Assembly (NCBI GenBank): GCA_951406725.2
Contig: OX597820.1
Location: 25,172,001-25,236,000, forward strand
Direction of reading: 5' to 3'
Length of the DNA stretch: 64,000 nucleotides
Origin: Octopus vulgaris
Lineage: Eukaryota
Shown here piece by piece: positions 1 to 10,694 of this stretch; within the stretch, counting starts at the first letter, position 1, and each line of letters starts with the position of its first letter. The position numbers were made by a program, and so were the translations under genes. The notes under the pieces are model-generated. The model made no database searches and was not told the origin of the DNA. It worked only from the letters and a program-made list of their open reading frames with translations.

Positions 1-231
1 TATATAAATGTATGTATGTATATGTTTGTGTGTCTGTGTTTGCCCCCCCCCCCCCAACATTGCTTGACAACTGATGCTGGAGTGTTTACGTCCCTGAAAC
101 TTAGCGGTTCGGCAAAAAAAAAACGATAGAATAAGTACTAGGCTTATAAAAATAAGTCCTGGGGTCGATTTGCTCGACTAAAGGCGGTGCTCCAGCATGG
201 CCACAGTCAAATGACTGAAACAAGTAAAAGA
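1..231 (+). mobile_element. SINE family A, 3' half
   Basis: Ends ...CAGCATGGCCACAGTCAAATGACTGAAACAAGTAAAAGA, as in the full copies at 7651 and 51832. Confidence 0.8.
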
Positions 232-307
232 ATTATAAGTTTACAGTAAACTCTTAAAAAAAGTTGAATCACAATGTAAATAGTATTTTTTCAGAATTAA
301 AAATCAA

Positions 308-945
308 GGCGCTTCTTTAGAGGCGCACCTCTCCAAGAAAATGACGCCTAATTTCTAAAAAAAAAAAATATGAAAATGGCAAATATATCCAATATAAATG
401 AAGTATGCAAAAAACCTAGGAAGATTCATCTATTTTTAAATATTTTATACTAAAAAAATAAAACACGGGAAACGGACACTCGCGAATATAAACAAACGTA
501 TCAGACGATGTATCAGATATTATTAATGATACGAGGGGCCCGACAATAACGTTTGCAAATTCTTGATAGTTTTTAATCAGATTTTTTACTGTGCACACTG
601 GTTAGGGTTAATTTTAGATGAGTTGGGTGGTGTGGACTCGCTTTACCTTCGCCCATTTTATGATGTGATATTTTCCGTTCAGGCACAAAATTTGACATAA
701 CAGTATATATTAGTTACAAACGGTCTTCTTACAATTTGCAGACGATATTGTCGGGCCGCTTGTATAATTAATAATAATCTGACTGGTCTGTATATTATTT
801 TTTAGTATAAAATATTTAAAAAATTGATGAATCTTCCTAATTTTTTTGCATGCTTTATTTATTTTGGATATATTTCCCATTTTCGTCACTTTTTTTAACA
901 AGTAAGTGTATTTTCCTTGGAGAGGTGCGCTTTTAAAGAAGCGCC
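308..945. mobile_element. Non-autonomous foldback DNA transposon (Merlin-like MITE)
   Basis: Termini GGCGCTTCTTTA...TAAAGAAGCGCC; imperfect inverted arms about 308-560 and 735-945; perfect 8-bp TSD AAAATCAA (300-307, 946-953). Confidence 0.8.
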
Positions 946-1096
946 AAAATCAACATTCGACTTAAATAGCTGTATTTTAGACATTAAAATATATATTAGA
1001 AGCAAATCGTTTTCTCAAAAGAAAGTTTCTTCACTTATTCTTCACGCTGTGTATATATGGTGTAATTTTAGGCTCTTTACTCGTATAAAGTCTATC

Positions 1097-2503
1097 TGTC
1101 CAGATAGAGGATATGTAAACGGAACCCTTCACCCCTTAAATCTTTTTTTTTTTTACGGAATCCTACATTTTAGGTTATGGAGATTCCGATTCTGAAAAAA
1201 AAATTTTCAAAAATCGCAACTTCAATATTTTGATTCCGCCCCGCCCCACCCATTTCTTCATTTTACCCTTTTTCCGGAATTTTTTTTTTTCTTTTTGTGA
1301 TACGTACAAAAATACGGAGATTATGATTCTGAAAAAAAAATATTGTTTGTAAAATTTCAATTTTTCAAAAAAAAATAAATAAATAAAAATTAACCCTCCC
1401 TCCCCAGCAGGCTATTAACATGCTAGAAATAACAGCCAAACCTCACAAAACTGCGATAACATAATGTTACCTTTCAGGAAAGATTTCTTTCAGAGTACTT
1501 TCCCGCAGTGAAATGAAATTTATTTATTTTTGAAAGTTACAAAAAAATATGAGTTTTATCGAGAAGTGTGTTCAGGAAGCCGCGCTGGTGAGGTTTAGTG
1601 GGAATAAACATCCGCAATGTGTTCCAAGAAATATATAGAAATTCTGAAAGTTTTTCTCGATACATTGATTCATCAACGCGAGACCATTTCATGTCGCCCG
1701 ATGATCCAGTCACATACTTTAGCAATCTTTTGATACAGGACCAACAGGCCTCAACGTGGTTCATGCAAGCGCCAGTTTCAGGGTCGACGAAATTCTTTGA
1801 ATGGTTGACCGTTCTGTGAATGTAACCCAGCTGTTGTAAGTTCATATAGCTGGTCCATTTGTCTGTATGTATTATAGTACCGGGTAACATATTTTCAATT
1901 ATAACAGCTTCTAGTGTTGCTGCGCTTCTGTCGGGTACACGCTGTAGAAATCGTTTTTTTTTTGGGGGGGGGGGGTTCACAGTGGTGTCATAGCAACCGA
2001 CAACCTATATTACTGCGGAAAAATTACTCTAAAAGAAATCTTTGCAGAAAGGTGAGTAGATTGATTACACATTTCTTTCATTATGTTAACGCAGTTTTGT
2101 GAGATTTGGCTGTTATTTCTAGCATGTAAATAGCTAAAAGGCGGTGCTCCAGCATGGCCGCAGTCAAATGACTGAAACAAGTAAAAGAGTAAAAGAACCG
2201 GATCTTTTCCAAAGAGCCTGCTTGGGTTTTTTTTTTCTTTTTGAAAAATTGAAATTTTACAAACAATTTTTTTTTTTCAGAATCATAATCTCCGTATTCT
2301 TGTACGAATCTCACCAAAAAGAATTTCCGGAAAAAGTGAAAAATGAAGAAATGGTGAGGGGGCGCGGAATCGAAATTTTGAAGTTGCGATTTTTGAAAAT
2401 TCTTGTTCGGAATCGGAATCTCGATATCCTAAAACGTGGGAATCCGTAAAAAAAAAAAAAAATTAGGGGGAGGGGTTCCGTTTACATATCCTCCATCTGG
2501 GCC
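1097..2503 (-). mobile_element. Merlin (IS1016/ISXO2-like) DNA transposon, internally deleted, long TIRs
   Basis: ORF 1537-1980 has VPDRSAATL..IHTDKWTSY..HRTVNHSKNFVDP..NHVEACWS, an ISXO2-type DDE motif set. About 410-bp inverted arms at 1097-1509 and 2012-2503; the right arm is interrupted by a SINE tail at about 2137-2196. Confidence 0.85.
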
Positions 2504-5500
2504 CAACCGGTTATAACATTGTATGCTTGTATCATACACTTGAAACCTAAAGTAGCAGTGAAGTGGTAAGTCTATTATTTAATCGATTATACCGGTCCCT
2601 ATAACCTGTTCCGTGGCTTTGTATTAGAAATCAGCATTTACATCACAAATATTTACAAAAGTTGCATCTCATATGACGAAATTAATTACATCGAAACATT
2701 AGTTTATAAACAACTTATATTCGACATCTACATCACTCACTTTTCTACCCAATAAGGAAAATATGCTTTGCAGTATTTGTTTTGGCTCTTGTCATTGAGT
2801 TCAAATACTGTCGAGGTCAACTTGATCTTTCATCCTTCCAAGATCGATAAAATAAAGTACAATTCAATTAGTGGATGAGTGGGGTGTATGATGTACTCGG
2901 CTGGCCCCCTACCCCAAAAATCAGGCCTTGTGTATGTATTAGAAACAAATGTTATTAAAATGTTTAGAATGGTCCCTGTTATTAATTATCCTATCATTAA
3001 TTCCTCTCTACAATAGTAAATAATAGTACGAAAATGCGGCATAGCGTCGAATGATATTTATATATGGATACTGTCTTTACCTAATATAAAACAACGCGTC
3101 GTAATCGTTGGATACCTCCTGTGTTTAACGGATTAGACGGCGAGCAGAATAAAGTTTGAATAAAAGCCTTCTTTTAACTAGTTTATGACTGTCCCTTATA
3201 ATTTTTTTTTTTTAAAGTCAGGCGGTTCAATGAGAAGACAAAATCACGAAACTTAAAACCAACTCACTTGTGTAACAATTCCAGATTACCGGGAGGTAAC
3301 TTGAAGTCTACACTGGTATATCTAATTTACAAATTAGATAGTTTGATAAATTTCAGTGCACGAAACTCTCTGTCCTCGAGCCACTCTGTAACCGGTTATT
3401 GATATGTATGTATACGAGTTCTATTTTCCTTGCGTTGTCAAATCTAATTTGTAAATTAGATTGATCTCCCTTGGCTAACCCTATTCATTCGATTCGTCTG
3501 TCTATCCGATTTTTGATTTCATGTTCTGCTGAGATCAACTTTGCCTTTCATCCTTTCGGAGTCGATGAAATAAGTACCTGGTTGTGATGTAATCGGTTAA
3601 CCCCCCTTCTCCTATTTTCCAGGCTACTATGCCTATTGTACAAAGGATATATTAAATAAAACATACGAGAAATTCACGATAGATTTACAGGCTTTGCCAG
3701 TAGCTGAGACATTCGTATTAATTTCATCAAAGTTTTTTTTTTTTTTTCGAGCGATTTATATACGAGTTGTAAATTGGTGTATGATTTATACAAACATAGC
3801 TGATTTTGAGGTATCGTGAGAGCGTTTCTTTTTCTTTCTTTCCCTTTTTTTTTTTTGTACAAGACAAGTTATTGACTAATATTCATCATCCCTATTATTC
3901 TTAGGTTAGTGCTGTTGTTTGGTCTATGTTATTTTATGACCGGACGTACTCCCTAATAAAGGCAATACTGACGTATGCGTCCCGTCCCTTCTTGGGATAG
4001 GATAAACAAGACTAACACTATTCAGATTGTGCACCCCTTCAAAAACGGTAGGGTTTTAGTCTGAGGAACATTTGCCTCATATTTCTAGCTTGTTGAATGA
4101 CGTTTATTTTCTTTAACCCCCAGACCATCTCTGATCAGGTATACCTAGCATTAAAACATTCCTTAAATGCCTTTCGTCTTGTTATTTCTTTTTTAAAATT
4201 TACGTTCTTTCTTTTTTTAATGATAGTGTATCTAGGATCACATTATCTAATGCGTCCTGCTGTTTTATACAGTGTAATTATGAGGGCCATTTAGCTGCAA
4301 TTTCTAACAGGTTTAATGACCCCGTAGAGGTTCCCTCGTTGCCAGCTAAATTAGATATGATTTAACGATCCACCTACTTTAAGGGTGTTATTTAGCCCCA
4401 TGTCAACTCTGGTCAAATAGACCTTTGATCAAAGATGTTCTAGCTGTGATTACCCCGTTAAGTTCCTTAAAATGCATGTTAGACCACATCGTCCATTGTG
4501 CATCTCATTTTTCATGTCAGTAGAATATGGTTTGTGGGAAGTTGACTGCTATTTCTAATTGCTCTTTTGTTGAACGTTATGTATGTGGTCCAAATTAGAT
4601 ACGCACTTTCTGACAAGTTGTGGTGCACCTGAGCACTGTATACAATAATTTCATTATTATATATTAAATGAAAAGGCTGGACTAGATGTTTTATTGCGTC
4701 TTATTGACTTTCTAATTGTTTTAAGCTTGATGGAGCTCACTCTATTTCTATTCTCATTTTTGTTCCCTAGTTAGTGAGATAAAGTACCAGCAACAGACAA
4801 GAGGACATTCTCTTATTCAAAAATATTTAGAAATAAAATAGCATGTCACTTAAACAAATTTCATGCTGTCAAACTCTGGCAATAATTAGTAGTCGTATAG
4901 AATAGGAAAATAAGATAAATATAAGCAATTAACAAAATAGGATGGTGCAGCTGTAGCCATTAACATCACATTATCTCGTAGCCTTGCTATAAATTTGCAA
5001 AACAGGTCAGTATTGACTAAATTAAATATTGATATATACATAATAATGGAAAGAGACCAGATGGTCTTGCTTTCTGTCCCTGGGTTAGAGGTAGGTGCCT
5101 CATCTGAGATGCCACAGTATGTGACTCTTTTGCTCTCTCCCACATTCTGGATGCTGTAGTAAACGGGGGGTCACTGTTTCTGTAGCCAAACAGAACAAAA
5201 CCATGAAGTATTGGGACCTGACAGTGAGTTATCTCTTCCAACCTGTGGCGTCTGAGACGTTTGAAAGGGGTGGGCCACTAACCGTGAAGTTCTTGTTGTT
5301 GGCAACTTGGCTCACCGAGGTGTTGGGTGATCCTAGTGAGGGTGCTTGGCTTTTCCAATGCCTTAGCTTCGCCATCACCTGTGGTGATGCTGCGAGCGTG
5401 CTGGCTTGCTTCTGTGTGTTCCGTTGAATTTTGTGGTGTGCGACCAATTGAAGGACTTGGAGCTGCATTGATGCTTTTTTTCCTCTTTTTCTTTTCTTTG

Positions 5501-6127
5501 CCTTACTTTTGTAAAAACTTATATTATGGAAAAAACATGACTATTGTTTAGGATTTGTATTTTAATGTGGCTTTATATTTTTCATATATCATATACGTGT
5601 TGTATCTTCTATATTAATAACAGCAAAATTCTGCCCGTCTGTTTGGAACCCCTCTATCTCAGTCTACATTTGCTCTACATAGACATATTGTACATTCTTG
5701 GACTCAGGATGATCCCAGGAGTGAAAATTTGCCCTTCATTTGATTCTTGAACGTCCAGCATTGGGATCTGATTTAAAACCATTTGGGTTGCTATTTCTAG
5801 CAAGTAAAGCGACCGTGCGACGTTTCAAAGCTGTAGTACAAGAGTTACCTCCCTTAGCTTTAAGTTTTAATGTAGAATTTAATGGGGTTTTTTTTTATCT
5901 TCGCCTGTCATCAGACTGCGACCACGCTGGGGCACTGCCTTAAAGAATTTTAATCAAACAAATCACTACCAGTTCTTTCTTTTTGGTGCCTGGTACTTTT
6001 TTATTAGCTTCTTTTACCGAACCGCTAAGTTACGTGAATGTAAACACACTAACACCAATTATCAAGCAGTGGTGGGGTACAATCACAGACACAAATACAC
6101 TATATATAAACATATGTATGTATAATC

Positions 6128-6352
6128 TTCGTTTAACGTCCGTTTTCCGCGCTAGCACGGGTTGGACGGTTTCGACCGGGGTCTGGGGAGCTAGGGACTG
6201 CCCCAGGCTCCAGTCTGGTCTGGCAGTGTTTCTACAGCTGGATGCCCTTCCTAACGCCAACCACTCCGCGAGTGTAGTGGGTGCTTTTTACGTGCCACCT
6301 GCACAGGTGCCAGAGGGGTCTGGCATCGGCCACGTTCGGATGGTGCTTTTTA
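6128..6352 (-). mobile_element. RTE-LINE 3' UTR / RTE-related SINE fragment (family B; also about 6884-7150, 13020-13350, 19258-19515, 34900-35368)
   Basis: Shared GTGGCACGTAAAAAGCACC and GCGTTAGGAAGGGCATCCAGCTGTAGAAAC, (GAT)n tail; the same motif follows the RTE coding fragment at 53089-53590. Confidence 0.7.
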
Positions 6353-7650
6353 TGTGGGGGGGGGGTGCAGGAATATGGGGGAGCACCAGTGGGGAGGGGT
6401 GGTTCAGAGAAATGATGACAGGTTGTAGGCAGGTAGAAGGTAGGATATCAAGAGAGGGGTAATGCATGGTAAAATAGCGTATTGAAGAGGGGGGTTCGAA
6501 GAGAAGACACCTATAATGGTGGTGGGAGAAGCGACATCCGGTATAGATGAGAAAAATAATGTATGTATAATCTTGTATTCAAATTTTAAAAGAACTCCAA
6601 AAATTTGAACTTACAAGTTTTTCATTTAAACTGAATTTAAAGTAATACCATATTGTAAAGGTACCAATAAATGCTTTATTATTATTGATCTTTTTAGTTT
6701 TGGGACACAGGCCCAAATATCCCTCCTGCCCAGGAGCGAGCTTAAAAGTCCACATGGAATGCAGCTTTTTAAGCTAGTATGTAATAAATCTCATATTGAC
6801 TAAATTAAATATCAATATACACAGACATCTGAAAAGTATAGACACCATCTTTTTGAAAGGTTCATTTCTAGAAACATACCAGCGCTGCCTTGACTGGCTT
6901 CTGTGCTGGTGGTACATAAAAAGCACCGACCGATCGTGGCCGTTTCCAGCCTCCTCTGGCCCCTATGCTGGTGGCACGTAAAAAGCACCCACTACTCTCA
7001 TGGAATAGTTGGCATTAGGAAGGGCATCAAGCTGTAGAAACACTGCCAGATCAGACTGGAGCCTGGTGCAGTCTCCTGGCTTCCCAGACCCCGGTCGAAC
7101 CGTTCAACCCATGCTAGCAGGGAAAACGGATGTTAAACAATGATGATGACGAAAATAATGTCATTTGATGCATTTAAAAACTGCACAAGGTAGTTTTTAA
7201 TGATTTGACCCTGTTAGGCATTGTAGTAGTGTGTTAGGTCTGCACAAAGGGCAATTACTTTAGGATGCTGTTTAGTTAACTTTAATTTCTAAAAACACTT
7301 AAAATGTTTACTAAAAATTTTTAATATGTGATCTGCAACAAGATGAAGGCAGTTGTATTTTTACAAAGAAATGACCTTTTAGATGATGGCGAAAATGTTG
7401 CACCATGTTGTTGTTGTGGTAGAGAAATGAAAGAAACTTGGAAAAAAAAAGCAGGGCAGAGTGTGAAAGGGTGAAATTTTGCTAATTTTATGTTGCAAAA
7501 CTTGCAGCTGCCAAACTTGTGTGATCTACGTGCTTATTTTAATTATTTTATTTATTCTTGATTTCTTATTATTTACAAATGAAACCTGGTTTTATTATTA
7601 TTATTAAAATAGTAAGAGCTTTGAAAAAATATATTTATAATATATTTACA

Positions 7651-8058
7651 TAGGCATAGGAGTGGCTGTGTGGTAAGTAGCTTGCTTACCAGCCACATGG
7701 TTCCGTGTTGAGTCCCACTGTGTGTCACCTTGGGCATGTCTTCTACTATAGCCTCGGGCAGACCAAAGCCTTGTGAGTGGATTTGGTAGACAGAAACTGA
7801 AAGAAGCCCATCGTATATGTGTATATATATATACATATATATGTGTGTGTGTGTATATGCTTGTGTGTCTGTGTTTGTCCACTCAACATTGCTTGACAAC
7901 CTGGTGTGTTTACGTCCCTGTAAGTTAGCGGTTCAGCAAAAAAGACCAATATAATAAGTACTAGGCTTACAAAGAATAAGTCCTGGGGTCGATTTGCTCG
8001 ACTAAAGGCGGTGCTCCTGCATGGCCACAGTCAAATGACTGAAACAAGTAAAAGAGTA
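7651..8058 (+). mobile_element. tRNA-derived SINE family A, full length
   Basis: A-box-like TGGCTGTGTGG and B-box-like GTTGAGTCC head, internal TA/TG microsatellite, shared 3' tail; more than 15 related copies or fragments in the window. Confidence 0.85.
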
Positions 8059-9583
8059 ATGCTAAGTATATGCGAAAGAATTAATTAAAATTTGCATAGC
8101 AATTTGGTAATAAAGATGAAATACAAATTTGAATAATTTTAATGATGAATTGTGCGAACAGCTGCTAGAAATGCATGAACAGCATAAGGGTTTTAAAAAA
8201 TTGAAAAGTAAACTAAAAAGTAAGCTAAACTAAGTTGTAGGTCACAGACCAAAGTAGCACAGGTAAAATATACAGTGACAGATGTCTGTTTACTCTCAGT
8301 GTAAATTGATCTTATTGTCATGCATAAATAGATTTTATTTCAGTTCATATTTCTTTGTAATACTTTTGGTGCAATCTCATTTTGTATTCTAAAGTTGAGT
8401 TTGCACTATTTAATTACTGTAGAGTAATAGGAGCTGGTTGAACAGAAGCACTTCACAACAGTAATGCTATCAGAAATGAAAAGAAAAACGTATATATTTA
8501 TATACCATCATCATCTCCGTTTTAACGTCCACTTTTCAGTGCTTGCATGGGTCAGATGGAATTTATTATGGTGGATTTTTCCATGGTCAGATGCTCTTCA
8601 TGTCCCCAACCCTCACTTTTGTTTTCATAGAAGATTGGAAACAAAGGAGACTGCTTGCATGACAGTGTTACTTGCTTACAAACTTCATACAAAATCAAGG
8701 CTAGGAGACAGTAGAACACACACATATGGCCTACTTCTTTCATCTACCGAATCCATTAACAAGGCTTTAGTTAATCCAGATCTACAGTAGAAGATGAAAC
8801 TAAACTTAAGACCATGTGGTTAGGAAACAGACTTCTAACTGCACTGCTATCCGGACAAGTTAGCAGTGTTACTTGGGGTTATTGGGTGTTTTGAGTCTTT
8901 CAACAATCAGACGTCCTCGCTCAGGCAACCCACCCAGGATTGTTGAAACCCCAACTTATGTCCCCGCAGCAGTATCCCCAGTAGTGCTACTCCCTCTACA
9001 ATTTCCATCTGATACACTGCAATTTTTGAAATGACATCTGCTGCTTTGGTAGCCAAATGTTGACCTTCAGCCAACTGGCTTCTATGATGCCCAGTATGTT
9101 ATACACTTAACAGAGGAATTGATCTGCAAATTCTCAATAATTTCACACCTTGTTCCTCATTAGCAATGCATGTATTCCTCCATTTTCTTTCCTTCTTCAA
9201 TATGGTCCTCCCTGAGAATAAAAATCACCTGCTTGAACATTTCCAAGATTAGCACCATGTCCTGCTTTTGTAATTATGAGGCAACAATTTTTGGGAAATT
9301 TGGTTTCTTCTCCTTGTCAACTTTCAGCTTCCAGTCTTGTATCTTTCTTGGCAGGCCACATGAGGTAGCTGTAGTGGTTGATATCAGCTTCATTCAAGCC
9401 TTGATGAAAACGACGGTCATCTTCAGTGGCTAATCCTACTGAAGATAGTGTCTTCTATGACCTTCAACAATCTAGACATGGTACTAATGGTAGTGCCACT
9501 TATCAAGGCTTTTGGACATCTGCTGAGGATCAATTGGAGCCCTCATAGTTGTAACTTACAGTGCTAGTTATGTATCTATTTAA

Positions 9584-10062
9584 TTATCACCTCTGCCTTA
9601 GCAAAGGCAGAATTATTGATTTTAGTCACATTTGTTTGTTTGTCCATAGACAAGATATCTCAAGAACTGCCAGATGGATTCAAATGAAATTTTCAGGGAT
9701 GTTTGGCCTCGTGACTGGCACAAAGTGATTAGATTTTTGGGATCGATTCGGTACCGGACAAGGATTCTGAATTATTTTTCCTGGATTTTTACTTAATTTT
9801 TGAGAGTGGTCGGGTTCATTTTTAGTATTCTCATTTGTGAGAGCGGTCGGGTTCATTTTTAGTATTCTCATTTGTGAGAGCGGTCGAGTTCATTTTTAGT
9901 ATTCTCATTTGTGAGAGCGGTTGAGTTCATTTTTAGTATTCTCATTTGTGAGAGCAGTCAAGTTTATTTCAGATATTCTCATTTTAAAAATCATCTCGGG
10001 TTACTGGCTGAGAGGACGTTGATGTTGCCTTGGTGGAGGTTTGTGCTCTCTGAGTGCTCTTA
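9584..10062 (+). mobile_element. Helentron-associated (HINE/DINE-1-like) non-autonomous element with internal 37-bp tandem repeat
   Basis: Subterminal inverted motif ACCTCTGCC / GGTGGAGGT, (GTTT)n tract, 3' hairpin-like GTGCTCTCTGAGTGC, T-rich insertion site. Confidence 0.65.
9802..9985. repeat. 37-bp tandem repeat, about 5 copies
   Basis: GAGAGCGGTCGGGTTCATTTTTAGTATTCTCATTTGT at 9802, 9839, 9876, 9913 and 9950. Confidence 0.9.
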
Positions 10063-10187
10063 TTTATCTATTTTAAAATTTGTCTTCTCAAGTTTGTCAG
10101 TATGAAATATATCCCCAAGTTATCTTCTTTTCCCACCTCCTCCACTTATGTTTGTATTATTTTATGTCTGTTTATTTTCAGTGAAAC

Positions 10188-10498
10188 ATGGAAAACGTAC
10201 TTCGTAAATACTGTCAGCTTTATATACCTGCAGAGGTATATCCTTACATAGAACCAGGTTTATATGCAGTCCTGTTTAAAAATCATCTCGGGTTACTGGC
10301 TGAGAGGACGTTGATGTTGCCTTGGTGGAGGTTTGTGCTCTCTGAGTGCTCTTATTTATCTATTTTAAAATTTGTCTTCTCAAGTTTGTCAGTATGAAAT
10401 ATATCCCCAAGTTATCTTCTTTTCCCACCTCCTCCACTTATGTTTGTAAACGTGCAGAACAACTAAAAGCATTGAAAGAGAGGTTACAGAAATCAAGT
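10188..10498 (+). CDS. FAAH: FAAH copy 1 coding exon 1 (disrupted: 10188-10274 and 10446-10498 are exon, 10275-10445 is duplicated intron)
   Basis: Acceptor tttcag at 10181; MENVLRKYCQLYIPAEVYPYIEPGLYAVL and KRAEQLKALKERLQKSS|gtaagt align with paralogue exon 54713-54940; premature TGA at 10395. Confidence 0.8.
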
Positions 10499-10662
10499 GT
10501 AAGTATTTGAAATACAGGTTTCTATCTCTCTCTCTCTCTCTCTCTCTCTCCGTGTTTTGAAACAAGATTCGACACAATAAGATCAGAACCTGATTACTGT
10601 GCAGAACAACTAAAAGCATTGAAAGAGGTATTCAAGTGTAAGTATTTGAATACAGGTTTCTA

Positions 10663-10694
<32 letters not shown>

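Noticed and set aside
1537-1980. Bacterial IS1595 contamination or recent horizontal transfer
   Set aside because: Embedded in long TIRs interrupted by a host SINE and degraded; consistent with eukaryotic Merlin.
4886-5551. Cluster of short ORFs in a more GC-rich patch
   Set aside because: No recognisable motif or consistent exon structure; probably a decayed retroelement piece that I could not classify.
9802-9985. 37-bp repeats of CRISPR-like length
   Set aside because: Contiguous tandem units with no spacers, inside a HINE-like element.
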